Below are positions 28,757 to 38,471 of a stretch of 64,000 bases of DNA, piece after piece. The position numbers and the translations under genes were made by a program. Position 1 is the first letter of the stretch. The number at the start of each line of letters is the position of its first letter. The notes under the pieces are model-generated. The model was not told the origin of the DNA and made no database searches. It was given only the letters and a program-made list of their open reading frames with translations. The DNA lies in contig JAPDKB010000007.1 in the NCBI GenBank assembly GCA_029258795.1, positions 246,186 to 310,185 of the forward strand. The letters run 5' to 3'. The stretch comes from an archaeon (GTDB lineage: Archaea > EX4484-52 > WAPT01).

Positions 28757-30028
28757 ATGCACAAGATTATTGTGGGGAGAGACCAGTGGGATGTTGAGAA
28801 GTATGGTGAATTAGGTACTGGATTTATAGGCAAGAACTATGTGGGAGAGAAAAAGGAGGCACGCCTCACCATCCCCATCCGGATTGATCTTGCCAGACCC
28901 CATGTAATAGGAATATTTGGAAAGAGAGGTATGGGTAAATCCTACACCATGGGAACGCTTGTGGAAGAGATCATGCTCCTGCCCGAAAACGTCAGGAAAA
29001 ATGTTAGCGCTTTGGTTATAGACACCATGGGTATCTTCTGGAGCATGAAGTATCCGAACGACAAGGATTTCAAAGTTCTGCTTTCGTGGAATCTGCACCC
29101 CCGCGGCTTTCCAATAGAGGTGCTCGTTCCGGAGGGCTTGGAGGAGGAGTACCGGAGGGAGGAGATACCATACGACGGTACTTTTTCATTTAAAGCAAGT
29201 GATCTGACCGCTGAGGACTGGGCTTACACCTTTGAGATCGATTTGATGGGTGAGGTAGGTGTGTTCCTTGATAGATTCATAAAGGATTTGAAGGAGGAAG
29301 AACAGGATTACACTCTGGAAACGCTGATTTACCGGCTGGAGGAGATGCCGAAGAGCTACATAAGAGATGCGCTCATAAACCGATTCAGCGTGGCTGAAGA
29401 ATGGGGGATTTTCAGCGCTGCCGGAACGGATATGAAGGAGCTTGTAAAGCCGGGGAAGGTTGTGGTGCTCGACATCTCGCTGCTGGGCTCGTTCTCGCTG
29501 GGATGGAATGTCAAAACGCTGGTTGTGGGGCTGCTTGCAAGAAAACTGCTTTATGAAAGAATGAAAGCCAGGAGAAAGGAGGAGCTTGACAGCATGAGCG
29601 GGATAGAGAAATCTCACATGCCGATAGTGTGGATGTTTCTGGATGAGGCGCATCAGTTCCTGCCGTCTGAAGGTAAAACTGCCGCAACAGACCCTCTCGT
29701 GCAGTGGGTGAAGCTCGGGAGAGAGCCCGGCGTTTCTCTTGTGCTGGCGACGCAGCAGCCAAACAAGCTGCACGAAGCTGCGATAAGCCAGATGGATGTT
29801 GTGATCTCTCATCGTCTGACGGCACGCTCGGATCTTGAAGCGCTGAGAAACATAATGCAAACTTATCTCAAATACGACCTTGCAGCTTACATCGACATGC
29901 TTCCCCGTGTGAAGGGTGCTGCCGTGATTCTGGACGATAACTCGGAGAGAATTTATGCTGCGCAGATGAGGCCCCGCATTTCCTGGCATGCTGGAGGCAC
30001 ACCCATAGCAATAAAAGAAGTGGAGTAA
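28757..30028 (+). CDS. HerA/FtsK-like ATPase (DUF87)
   Basis: Walker A GKRGMGKS, Walker B FLDEAH, GR..G.SLVLATQ.P. Confidence 0.9.
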   Translation: MHKIIVGRDQWDVEKYGELGTGFIGKNYVGEKKEARLTIPIRIDLARPHVIGIFGKRGMGKSYTMGTLVEEIMLLPENVRKNVSALVIDTMGIFWSMKYPNDKDFKVLLSWNLHPRGFPIEVLVPEGLEEEYRREEIPYDGTFSFKASDLTAEDWAYTFEIDLMGEVGVFLDRFIKDLKEEEQDYTLETLIYRLEEMPKSYIRDALINRFSVAEEWGIFSAAGTDMKELVKPGKVVVLDISLLGSFSLGWNVKTLVVGLLARKLLYERMKARRKEELDSMSGIEKSHMPIVWMFLDEAHQFLPSEGKTAATDPLVQWVKLGREPGVSLVLATQQPNKLHEAAISQMDVVISHRLTARSDLEALRNIMQTYLKYDLAAYIDMLPRVKGAAVILDDNSERIYAAQMRPRISWHAGGTPIAIKEVE

Positions 30029-30034
30029 AAGCCA

Positions 30035-31150
30035 TTACTTTTTCTTTCTCCTAGTCCTCTTCTTTTCATTCTTGGGTTGAGAAGTGCCCTCATTAGCTGG
30101 AGGCATCGAATTTCCAAAATAAAGCTTCCTCACAGGCCATGAAATCTCTATGCCTTCCTCATCGAACCTCTTTTTGAGATCTTTTATGAACTCGTGCATG
30201 ATTGTGTAGCGGTAAGCATAATCCTTTGCTCTCAGTATTATGGCAAATTCTATGTTGGAATCGCCAAAGTTGTTGTACCTTACCAAAGGTTCCCATGATG
30301 TTTCGCACATATCTGCAAGCTTTTCCTGCGTTTTCCTTGCAACCTCCTTGACAATCCTCTCCACCCTTTCCAGGTCGGAGTCGTAAGCCACACCACAATT
30401 CACTATGACGTTTGTGGGCTTGACAGGCATCGCATAATTGATTATTTTACTCTGCGAAAGCTTGGAGTTCGGGATTATGATGGTGTAGTCTCCAAGCGCC
30501 CTTATTCTGGTGGAACGCCACCCCACATCATCCACATAGCCTATGGTGCCATCTTCCAGCTCAACAAAATCGCCAACTCTTATTGGTTTGTCGGACATGA
30601 TATGGAGACCCGCAAAGAAGTCTGAAAGAGTGCTCTGTAAAGCCAGACCCACTGCTAAGCTACCCACACCGAGAGTGGCTATTAGGGGTGAGAGAGCTAT
30701 ATTGAAGTAGTCAAGGATGGTTAGGAAACCTATAGTAAAGACGAAAAGATATATAACCTTAGAAATGACTCCCGGTAGCTTGACCTTCTTTTCCTTCTCA
30801 AACCAGAAAGTTGCGAAGAACACGAAAATCTCTGCAACCATCCACGAAGCCACAAGAACTCCAACCACAAAGAAAAACTTGTCCAGATTGATAAGGAAGG
30901 TTAATTTCGATGAAAGTATTTCGGATGAGGTGTAGAGGCCGATGAGCACTACCAGCGCGACCAGAGGACGGGAGATTATATCAAGTAGGATATCATCCAG
31001 ATCACTCTTTGTGCGCTTTGCAACCCTCCTGAAGTAGGGTATGATTATGTTTCTTATCACCAAAATCAGGAAAATGAAAACTCCGAGATTCAGCAAAGCG
31101 AGACCTTCTGGTGTGTGGAGTAAGAATCTGGACACCAAATTTGAAACCAT
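30035..31150 (-). CDS. mscS: Small-conductance mechanosensitive channel
   Basis: GLALQ.TL..FFAG, GD.V, G.RST.I, IPNS.L, F..EGIEI. Confidence 0.93.
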   Translation of the reverse strand: MVSNLVSRFLLHTPEGLALLNLGVFIFLILVIRNIIIPYFRRVAKRTKSDLDDILLDIISRPLVALVVLIGLYTSSEILSSKLTFLINLDKFFFVVGVLVASWMVAEIFVFFATFWFEKEKKVKLPGVISKVIYLFVFTIGFLTILDYFNIALSPLIATLGVGSLAVGLALQSTLSDFFAGLHIMSDKPIRVGDFVELEDGTIGYVDDVGWRSTRIRALGDYTIIIPNSKLSQSKIINYAMPVKPTNVIVNCGVAYDSDLERVERIVKEVARKTQEKLADMCETSWEPLVRYNNFGDSNIEFAIILRAKDYAYRYTIMHEFIKDLKKRFDEEGIEISWPVRKLYFGNSMPPANEGTSQPKNEKKRTRRKKK

Positions 31151-31279
31151 AAATTAGAATTTCAAGTATGAAAAGATAAAAAGGTTTTGCGAAGCTGAAA
31201 GAAGAAAAAAGAAAAGGGAGGAAAGTTGTGGGGCTCGGACGGTGGCATTAATAGCGGTGGAGGGTTCATCCAGCAAATC

Positions 31280-31549
31280 TCAACTAACGACACCTCCTTT
31301 CCTTCCTGCAATGGTCCATAGCCAGTCCTGCATCACCTTTTCCTTCTCATACTTGCCGAATGCATGGGGGAACATGTCTGCCAGCTCCTCTATCCTTTTC
31401 CTCGCCTCCTCCTTTGCTTTCTGGAATTTTTTTTCGTGCTCAATTGATAGATTTCTGAACTCATACAGGAACATGTCTTTTGGGTTTAATCCCATTTCCT
31501 TCAACTTGTTCTTGATCAAAATGATCTCATCTCCCATCATCAACACCAC
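31280..31549 (-). CDS. Small hypothetical protein
   Basis: GGAGGTG SD; followed by a pyrimidine-rich tract. Confidence 0.6.
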   Translation of the reverse strand: MVLMMGDEIILIKNKLKEMGLNPKDMFLYEFRNLSIEHEKKFQKAKEEARKRIEELADMFPHAFGKYEKEKVMQDWLWTIAGRKGGVVS

Positions 31550-31558
31550 CTCCCAAAA

Positions 31559-31753
31559 TCATACTTTTGCATAGGCAGCTATGGTCTGCTGCACCGGCTG
31601 GTTGTGTAACTGGTGGAGTGGCTTACCATTCACGTAAACGGGATACACCTTGCTCAGCTCAATCAGCATCTGCCTTATTTTCCTCACCTGTTGTGGGTTC
31701 ACACGCCCCCGCCTTCCATGAGTTCTGGAGTGGCTCACCACCATCTTGCTCAC
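31559..31753 (-). CDS. Small basic hypothetical protein
   Basis: GGAGGTGA SD; co-oriented with 31280..31549. Confidence 0.55.
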   Translation of the reverse strand: MSKMVVSHSRTHGRRGRVNPQQVRKIRQMLIELSKVYPVYVNGKPLHQLHNQPVQQTIAAYAKV

Positions 31754-31874
31754 CTCCGTGTTAGAAGAAGTGAATCTGAGGGTATTTAAGGTAGAGCATA
31801 TAGGTTTGCCGTTATACGTGCTTTCATGCCGATAGAAGGAGGTTGAATGGTGTGTTTGTATTTACTTTCAGATT

Positions 31875-32450
31875 TTATTCCAGCAGGTGTTTTCCCTCTT
31901 CCTTTATGAAGTTGATGAAGGATTGAGTTGCTCTTTTTCTATGAGACACCTGATTTTTGTATTCGTAATCCTCAGCAAAGGTTCTGTCATGCCCTTCGGG
32001 AATGAAAATGGGGTCAAACCCAAACCCTTCTTTTCCGCGCTGCTTTTCAGCTATCATGCCATGACATTCTCCAGTGAAAATCCTCACATCATCCTGACTT
32101 AAAGCCAGTGCTATGACTGCCTTAAACTTTGCAGCTCTGTTCTCCACACCCTCCATTAGTTTGAGCACACCTTCATTGCCTATGGTTCTGTACACGTAGG
32201 AAGAATAAACCCCCGGAAAGCCCTTGAGAGCGTGGATAAAGAGTCCTGCATCTTCCACCATCACCGGATGTCCCACAAGTCGGTAAGCTTCCTTTGCCTT
32301 GAATTCAGCCACCTTCTCCAGCTCATCCGCCTGAATTTCCGTTAGCTCAAGCTCAATGTGCTTTACATCCACGCCGTATTTTTGCAAAGCGTTTCTTATT
32401 TCCACCGCTTTGTGGGGATTGGAGGTTGCAAAGTAAATATGGAGTGGCAT
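31875..32450 (-). CDS. rdgB: Non-canonical purine NTP pyrophosphatase (RdgB/HAM1)
   Basis: ATSN.HK..E, EDAGL, GFPG.YS, GFGFDPIF, SHR. Confidence 0.95.
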   Translation of the reverse strand: MPLHIYFATSNPHKAVEIRNALQKYGVDVKHIELELTEIQADELEKVAEFKAKEAYRLVGHPVMVEDAGLFIHALKGFPGVYSSYVYRTIGNEGVLKLMEGVENRAAKFKAVIALALSQDDVRIFTGECHGMIAEKQRGKEGFGFDPIFIPEGHDRTFAEDYEYKNQVSHRKRATQSFINFIKEEGKHLLE

Positions 32451-32540
32451 GTTTCCATCACCATAATCGATAGTCAGGTATTTGAGAAAAATTTTTATAG
32501 GTGTTGTGCAATAATTCATGCCTTATTGGTGGTTTGTATT

Positions 32541-33080
32541 ATGGATCAGGGGGATGACCCTCACCATTGTAAAAGCAAGTGCTGTGTGGTGGGGGAGGAT
32601 AGGGATCGTGCATTTCTGATTTATGATTCTGGCTATGATCTGGAAAATGATGAAGTAGAGGAAGATGTGGAACGATGTGTTAGGAAGCTTCTGAGTTCAA
32701 ATGACCCTAAGTTGATGAACATAAAAATTGTCCTCATCGCAAAGTATAAACGGAACGTATCAAACGGTTCTAACTTTGAGGTTGAAGTTTATTCGAAAGA
32801 CGAACCCGATTCTGTTATTAAAGCCCGTGAGATCTACGATCAGATGGTCAAGAACATGAACGGGCAGTTCGAGGCTCAAAAAGAAAACGTAAGCATTGGG
32901 AAATGCGACGGTAACTCGTGTGTTAGAATTGGAAGAATAGCGTACAGGAACAAAGTTCTAATATACGAGACAAGTGACCCAGAAACATGTGAGAATCTGA
33001 CAAAGGAGTGTATTTTCAGAGTATATTCTAAGGATTATCCTGATGCGGGTGAGATTAAAGAAATGAGGAAGTATCTGTGA
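32541..33080 (+). CDS. Hypothetical protein
   Basis: Open frame with ATG 32541 after GGTGG; converges on the tRNA-Gly 3' end. Confidence 0.6.
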   Translation: MDQGDDPHHCKSKCCVVGEDRDRAFLIYDSGYDLENDEVEEDVERCVRKLLSSNDPKLMNIKIVLIAKYKRNVSNGSNFEVEVYSKDEPDSVIKAREIYDQMVKNMNGQFEAQKENVSIGKCDGNSCVRIGRIAYRNKVLIYETSDPETCENLTKECIFRVYSKDYPDAGEIKEMRKYL

Positions 33081-33087
33081 TTTCTTG

Positions 33088-33161
33088 TGGTGCGCCGGCC
33101 GGGAATTGAACCCGGGCCTCCGCCGTGGCAGGGCGGTATCATACCACTAGACTACCGGCGC
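33088..33161 (-). tRNA. tRNA-Gly(GCC), CCA encoded
   Basis: GCGCCGG acceptor stem, CCGCC-CTGCCAC-GGCGG anticodon arm, GGTTCAATTCC T-arm, ACCA end. Confidence 0.97.
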
Positions 33162-33264
33162 GCAACCAAGCTGGATGGAGTTATAATTGTCTGAACAAGT
33201 TTTAAAAATGTTGACTCTCGTGTTCCATCTGAGAGCTTAAGAAAACTCGCATAGCTTGAGGTTT

Positions 33265-33480
33265 TCACTTTTTCCTCGTTGCGACAGCAACGCCAACTTT
33301 CTTTTTGGTCTGCCAGCTGTAGCTCCTCAACCTCTTGCTCCTCCCGAATCCGCATGCTGCGCAATACTTCTTTGTTATGTGGAACGCGTGCCTACCACAC
33401 CTTCTGCATCTTTTGTGTGTCTTCTTCTGCCTCTTTCCAAAGGACGGCCTTCCAGCTGTGTATCTTCTTACTGCTGCCAT
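33265..33480 (-). CDS. rpl37e: 50S ribosomal protein L37e
   Basis: TH.RCRRCG...FH..KK.CAACGFG. Confidence 0.97.
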   Translation of the reverse strand: MAAVRRYTAGRPSFGKRQKKTHKRCRRCGRHAFHITKKYCAACGFGRSKRLRSYSWQTKKKVGVAVATRKK

Positions 33481-33502
33481 AGAAACTCACACCCCAACAG
33501 CA

Positions 33503-33745
33503 CTATTTTGACACGTTTTCTTCAGGAGATGCGAAAACAACTGTATCTCCCCTGATAAGCACATCTCCTATCCGTTTGACTCCCTCTTCATCAGTAAGCT
33601 CGGCATTGCTCAGCCACAGATTCAGATGCATGTCCAGCGCTTCAAGCACACCGTTTATTCTGTTCCCGTTCTTTAACCTCACCAAAATCCTCTTGCCCTT
33701 TGACTTATCAAGCACGTCTATAGGTCTTTTGTCCGGCACGTTCAA
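33503..33745 (-). CDS. Sm-like (Lsm) protein
   Basis: RP.DVL, G.L...D.HLNL.L, IRGD.V; synteny with rpl37e. Confidence 0.93.
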   Translation of the reverse strand: MNVPDKRPIDVLDKSKGKRILVRLKNGNRINGVLEALDMHLNLWLSNAELTDEEGVKRIGDVLIRGDTVVFASPEENVSK

Positions 33746-33840
33746 ATCACCACCAAAATATGCTCGCTAAAAACCACACAATAAATAATGAGGAAACATA
33801 TTTAAAGATTTAGTTGAATTAAACCCAAGTGTGATGCGGC

Positions 33841-34236
33841 ATGGCTATCTGGCACTCAAGATCAAGGAGGAAGCCAACTGGAGGTCGGCTCAGACCGCAC
33901 AGAAAGCACAAAAAGTATGAGCTCGGTAGATTACCTGCAAGAACAACCATTGGAGAGAGAAAGCTGGAGATTATAAGAGTCAGGGGTGGAAACTACAAGT
34001 TCAGGCTTAAGAAGGTTGATTATGCCAACGTGGTTTATGAAGGCGGGAAGGTTGAAAAGAAGAAAGTCGTGGATGTTGTTGAAAACAAAGCCAATCCTCA
34101 CTTTGTGAGGGAGAAGATAATAACCAAAGGCGCAATAATAAAGCTTGAGGATGGCACACTGGCGAGAGTGACAAGCCGCCCGGGACAGGATGGCGTGATC
34201 AATGTGGTTGTCATCAAAACTTCTGCCAAGGCGTGA
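33841..34236 (+). CDS. rps8e: 30S ribosomal protein S8e
   Basis: [24 protein letters not shown]. Confidence 0.97.
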   Translation: MAIWHSRSRRKPTGGRLRPHRKHKKYELGRLPARTTIGERKLEIIRVRGGNYKFRLKKVDYANVVYEGGKVEKKKVVDVVENKANPHFVREKIITKGAIIKLEDGTLARVTSRPGQDGVINVVVIKTSAKA

Positions 34237-34646
34237 GCATGAAGCTCCGGGTTTTTGGGGTCGAGATTTGGGTGGATGAACGCCACATCCTTTCTCCTTC
34301 TCCACAAGAAATTGAGAAACAAGTGAAGGAGTATCTTGAGGGCAATCGTTTCAGGTTTGATGTTAAGCTGGATTATTCGAAACTTTCAGCGGACATGGCC
34401 AGATTCATGAAAGCTCTGCAACAAGTCGAGTATGGAGAAACGATAACTTATGGTGAGCTGGGTAAAATTTTGGGTATGCACCCCCGCAAGGTTGGCGTGC
34501 TTTGCGCGAGAAACCCTCTGCCCCTTATAGTTCCGTGCCACAGGGTTGTGGGTGCTTCAGGGCTGGGTGGTTATGCTTACGGTGTTGAGTTGAAGAAAAA
34601 GCTTCTTGAGCTTGAGCAAAAGAATTCCCGAAAATGGAGAGAGTGA
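34233..34646 (+). CDS. ogt: Methylated-DNA-protein-cysteine methyltransferase
   Basis: YGE.ITYG, R.VG...NP...VPCHRV, K..LL.LE. Confidence 0.92.
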   Translation: MSMKLRVFGVEIWVDERHILSPSPQEIEKQVKEYLEGNRFRFDVKLDYSKLSADMARFMKALQQVEYGETITYGELGKILGMHPRKVGVLCARNPLPLIVPCHRVVGASGLGGYAYGVELKKKLLELEQKNSRKWRE

Positions 34647-34650
34647 TAGC

Positions 34651-35424
34651 TTACCTCAAATGCACATGGACTTCCGTCTTTAACAATGAGATTAGCTTTT
34701 CTGTAAAGCTTTCCTTTGGAGGGTTCTCCTCCAGCAGGAGATAAGCTATCTTTCTTATCTCGCGGGACGGCTTTATGTAGGGATCAACCAGATAGACGGG
34801 TATGCCTTTAGATATGGCTCCTCTAACTTTACCGTGCTCCTTAACCACGCCCAGCACTCTTGCGTTCAGCACGCTCTCTATATCATGGGGTTTGAGTTCA
34901 TGCTTCTCTCCTCTATGCATATTAACTATCACTCCTGCAACCTCCTTGCCGAGCTTTCTGACAAAATCGGCAGCCATTTTGGCATTTTGCACGGATGGTA
35001 ACTCTGGGGTGGTTACCAGCACAACCTCATCGCTCGCTTCAACCGCAGCCCTCACTTCGTCATTCACGCCCGGTGCGGAATCTATGAGAATGAGGTCATA
35101 AACACCTATGAGCCTCGATAGATGTTTCTCAAGCCCGCCAAGCTCTGCTTCCAGCTCCGCCATGGATGCAGGGATAACCTTGAAGCCAACGGGATGCTGG
35201 TATATAGCGTGTAATATGTACGCTTCATTCTTTATCACATCATTTAGGGTTACGGGATGTGTTTCGGGCACGCCAAGATGGGTTGCGAGGTTTGGACCGC
35301 TCACATTGCCATCTATTACCAGAACATGCTTGCCTGCCTTTGAAAGCGCAGCCGCAATATTTGAAACGATGGTGGTTTTACCCACACCCCCCTTTCCGGA
35401 GATTACGGCAACGATTTTCGTCAT
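34651..35424 (-). CDS. minD: MinD/ParA-family ATPase
   Basis: SGKGGVGKTT deviant Walker A, IDSAPG, VTTPE. Confidence 0.88.
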   Translation of the reverse strand: MTKIVAVISGKGGVGKTTIVSNIAAALSKAGKHVLVIDGNVSGPNLATHLGVPETHPVTLNDVIKNEAYILHAIYQHPVGFKVIPASMAELEAELGGLEKHLSRLIGVYDLILIDSAPGVNDEVRAAVEASDEVVLVTTPELPSVQNAKMAADFVRKLGKEVAGVIVNMHRGEKHELKPHDIESVLNARVLGVVKEHGKVRGAISKGIPVYLVDPYIKPSREIRKIAYLLLEENPPKESFTEKLISLLKTEVHVHLR

Positions 35425-35478
35425 GTGTTTTATGTTAAATTGTCAAAAATATAAAGGTTAGTTCTGCTATCTCAAAAC

Positions 35479-36603
35479 ATGCTTTATTTCGGCTGGGAGA
35501 AGGAAGTTGTCATGATACTCTACTCCATCCCATCCCTCTTCAAACTCAGCACTCTCGTGTCCCACTCCTTTTATCTCATGTTCGTGATATGGCTCATTCT
35601 CCTCTACAAAAAGAAAAGAAACGAACTCCCTTTACATCTTCTCGGATTGGTGTCAACCTTCCTTCTCGTTAATATCATCAAGCACACCACGGCAGTTCCC
35701 AGACCATTTGAGGTTTATGGAATAACCAACAGTGTGATGCATTTCGGTTCTTCGTTTCCGTCAACGCATGCAGCACTCTCATCATTCATGGCTGCGTCCA
35801 TTGCTCTTTTTTGGAGAGGTGGGAAGAAGGGTAGAAATGAAGGAAAGCGTGCAGTTATAGCTGGATTTTTCCTTTGGGCTCTCCTGATTTCTCTGTCCCG
35901 CTGGGTTCTGCTGCTGCACTACCTTGTTGATGTGGCGGTAGGATGGGCGATTGGAACAGGAATTCCGCTCCTTTTCTGGATTGTGATGAATGAGAGGGTA
36001 AGCAGTGAAATTGTGAGGAAGGGGATTCACATTGGTGTTGGGTATGGTGTTGCGCTTGTTGTGTTTAAGTACGGCTCTTACGTCGCTCCCGCGTTACTGC
36101 TCATAGCGCTGGTTTCAATCATTGTGACGGCTCTCCTCAAAAAGAACCTCCTGCCTCGGAGCATTTTGATGCTCGTTGGAAAAGCTGAAAGGAGGGAAGA
36201 CCTCGAAAGCTTTCCCTTGAGGGGTGTCGTGTTCTTCTTCCTGTCCTCGGGCATCGTAAGCGCTGTTTTTTCAAATGAGATTGCTGCTTCTGCTATAGCA
36301 GCTCTTGCGGTTGGAGACGGGATGGCGACGCTGATTGGGAGGAAGTGGGGTAAACACAAGTTGAAATACAACATGAGGAAGAGTGTTGAGGGTACGGTTG
36401 CATGCTTCCTGTTTTCATTTCTTGCTTCTCTACCCATTCTCGGAGTTTCACTTTCCATAATAAACGGTGTGGTTGCCAGCATTGTGGAGTCATTGCCTCA
36501 CAGAGAACATACAAGGTTGGGCTTGTTGCTCGATGACAATTTCACCATTCCGTTGGCGTGCTGCTCTGTCCTGTATCTGACCAAAATCTTTATATCGGGG
36601 TGA
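35479..36603 (+). CDS. PAP2 phosphatase fused to a CTP-dependent dolichol/phytol kinase-like domain
   Basis: K.....PRP, SFPS.H, SR.....HY (PAP2); RK.IH, GDG.A...G, KS.EG, DDN (kinase family). Confidence 0.82.
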   Translation: MLYFGWEKEVVMILYSIPSLFKLSTLVSHSFYLMFVIWLILLYKKKRNELPLHLLGLVSTFLLVNIIKHTTAVPRPFEVYGITNSVMHFGSSFPSTHAALSSFMAASIALFWRGGKKGRNEGKRAVIAGFFLWALLISLSRWVLLLHYLVDVAVGWAIGTGIPLLFWIVMNERVSSEIVRKGIHIGVGYGVALVVFKYGSYVAPALLLIALVSIIVTALLKKNLLPRSILMLVGKAERREDLESFPLRGVVFFFLSSGIVSAVFSNEIAASAIAALAVGDGMATLIGRKWGKHKLKYNMRKSVEGTVACFLFSFLASLPILGVSLSIINGVVASIVESLPHREHTRLGLLLDDNFTIPLACCSVLYLTKIFISG

Positions 36604-36619
36604 GAGTAAAACCACTTTC

Positions 36620-37270
36620 ATGGGGATTGTGTCCAAACTTCTCGCACCTTTTAGAAGCACACTGGAAAATGATGTGTTTAAGGCGCTGGTTGAGCTTGCA
36701 AATCTGTCCAGCACAACATGTTCCATGTTAATCAGGATGATTGAGAGTGATAACAAGAACCTTGTGAGAAAAATATCGAAAAATGAGAGGCACGGGGATG
36801 AAATAAGGAGAAATGTTGAGAAGCTGTTGTTTGAAGGGGCGTTTCTTCCTCAATCAAGACCTCTCTTTTTCACACTTGCCGAGAGGATGGACAGCGTGAT
36901 AGACAGCATTGAGGACTGCGCCAAGATATACGAGGCAGCACAACAAATTGATGAGGAGATAAAGAGGCGTGTGCTCCACATTCTCGACGTAACTAAAGAG
37001 GCATGCGATTGTTTCTGTGATGCATTGCTAAGCTTTTTCAGGGGAGACGAAAGGAGAATGCAGGAAAAAATAGCAGTGATAAACGAGATTGAAGCGAGGA
37101 TAGATGATGTGAAACATGAGGTGTTCAAGAGCATGGTAAGGAGCAGGGATAAGTGCTTCTGGAAGGAAAAGTGTATGGAAGATTTTGTTGACAGCGCGGA
37201 GGAAATCAGCGACAAATTGCAAGATGCTGCTGATACATTAAGCGTCATAGCTGCTAGCATGAAGGTGTGA
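36620..37270 (+). CDS. DUF47 phosphate transport regulator
   Basis: E..GD..RR....LF...FLP..R, D...D..ED, E...D; adjacent to a PiT gene. Confidence 0.88.
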   Translation: MGIVSKLLAPFRSTLENDVFKALVELANLSSTTCSMLIRMIESDNKNLVRKISKNERHGDEIRRNVEKLLFEGAFLPQSRPLFFTLAERMDSVIDSIEDCAKIYEAAQQIDEEIKRRVLHILDVTKEACDCFCDALLSFFRGDERRMQEKIAVINEIEARIDDVKHEVFKSMVRSRDKCFWKEKCMEDFVDSAEEISDKLQDAADTLSVIAASMKV

Positions 37271-38208
37271 AGATGATGGTGTTGCATTTTGATGGTGAGC
37301 TAACCCTGCTCTTACTCTCTCTCGCTGCGGTATGCATTCTCAATCTGCCCTTGCTTGCTGTGATGCCAGTAAGGTGTGAGGTGCTTGGGAAAAAAAGTTC
37401 CATTGCGATGTTCTTGGTTGCGATACTCCTCGGTTTTTATGTGAGTGGAAACAAAGTCATGACGACTGTGAGCAGTGAGATAGCCAAAATTGATAGCACC
37501 GGGTTTTTGATGGCAAGTGCGCTAACATTCCTCATCATGATAACACTCAGCCTGCGCGACATACCCGCCTCAGTACAGCAGGTTATGGTGATGTGTATAG
37601 CGGGAATAGCTGTGGGAAGTTGTGCTGCTATCAACACAGGAAAAATTGTGGAGATCGTTCTCTCCTGGATTGGAAGCATTCTTCTTTCAGCTTCAATCAG
37701 TTTGTTGCTCTATCCGCGGTTGCGCTCAGTATTCAACAGTCTCACTCCATTGAAAAGAGAAGCAGGGATGAGGGTGTTTATGATTCTGGTACTTTTCTTG
37801 CTTTCTATGGCATCCGGCTCAAGCACGGTTGCAACGGCTGTGTCGCCACTTTCAATCGTAACGGACAGCAAAGCTGTTCTTGCAGGAGTTGTGATGGTTT
37901 TCGCTTTTTTCGGAGTTATTGCAAGATATTGGCTATTTCATGCAATTCCTCCTCGACTGCTGGACAATCTGGATGTGAGTGCTGTGGCGTTGGTGCAGAT
38001 GAGCGCTGCCCTTTCCGTGTTTTTGTTCTCGCTGGTGGGTATGCCTGTATCCATAAACCACGCTGTTTTTGCATCGTTGTTTGTGGTCAGCTACCTGAAG
38101 GACATCAGGATTCTGGAGAGGAAGGTGATCAGAAATTTCGTGAGGAATGGATTGGGGGTGCCTCTCCTCTCCTTTATTGCTGGGGCGGTTGTTTCAGCCA
38201 TCATGTGA
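37267..38208 (+). CDS. Divergent inorganic phosphate transporter (PiT family)
   Basis: Multi-TM protein with G.KV..TV, P.S..Q and GMPVS..H signatures; DUF47 neighbour. Confidence 0.75.
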   Translation: MKMMVLHFDGELTLLLLSLAAVCILNLPLLAVMPVRCEVLGKKSSIAMFLVAILLGFYVSGNKVMTTVSSEIAKIDSTGFLMASALTFLIMITLSLRDIPASVQQVMVMCIAGIAVGSCAAINTGKIVEIVLSWIGSILLSASISLLLYPRLRSVFNSLTPLKREAGMRVFMILVLFLLSMASGSSTVATAVSPLSIVTDSKAVLAGVVMVFAFFGVIARYWLFHAIPPRLLDNLDVSAVALVQMSAALSVFLFSLVGMPVSINHAVFASLFVVSYLKDIRILERKVIRNFVRNGLGVPLLSFIAGAVVSAIM

Positions 38209-38267
38209 AAGATTTATAAGCAGGTTAAGCTTATAGAAAAGCTATGCAACTGGAAGGATTGCGCGAG

Positions 38268-38471
38268 ATGAAGGAAGGTAGATTTGTGTTGTTCTGGGTG
38301 CTCGGAGCGCTGCTCATGCTTGTGGGGAGCTGGATAGCTGGACACGTGGAATGGACGGTGGGTACAACGAAAGCAGCTTATTATGGTGCCATAGTCCTTG
38401 CGTTCCTGCTGTTTCTGCTTGCAGGGCTCTGCTGGGTGGGTGTGGCTGTAGGTGTGAGCAAGCATGTTTGA
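38268..38471 (+). CDS. Small 2-TM membrane protein
   Basis: Two hydrophobic helices; overlaps the start of the HD gene. Confidence 0.6.
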   Translation: MKEGRFVLFWVLGALLMLVGSWIAGHVEWTVGTTKAAYYGAIVLAFLLFLLAGLCWVGVAVGVSKHV

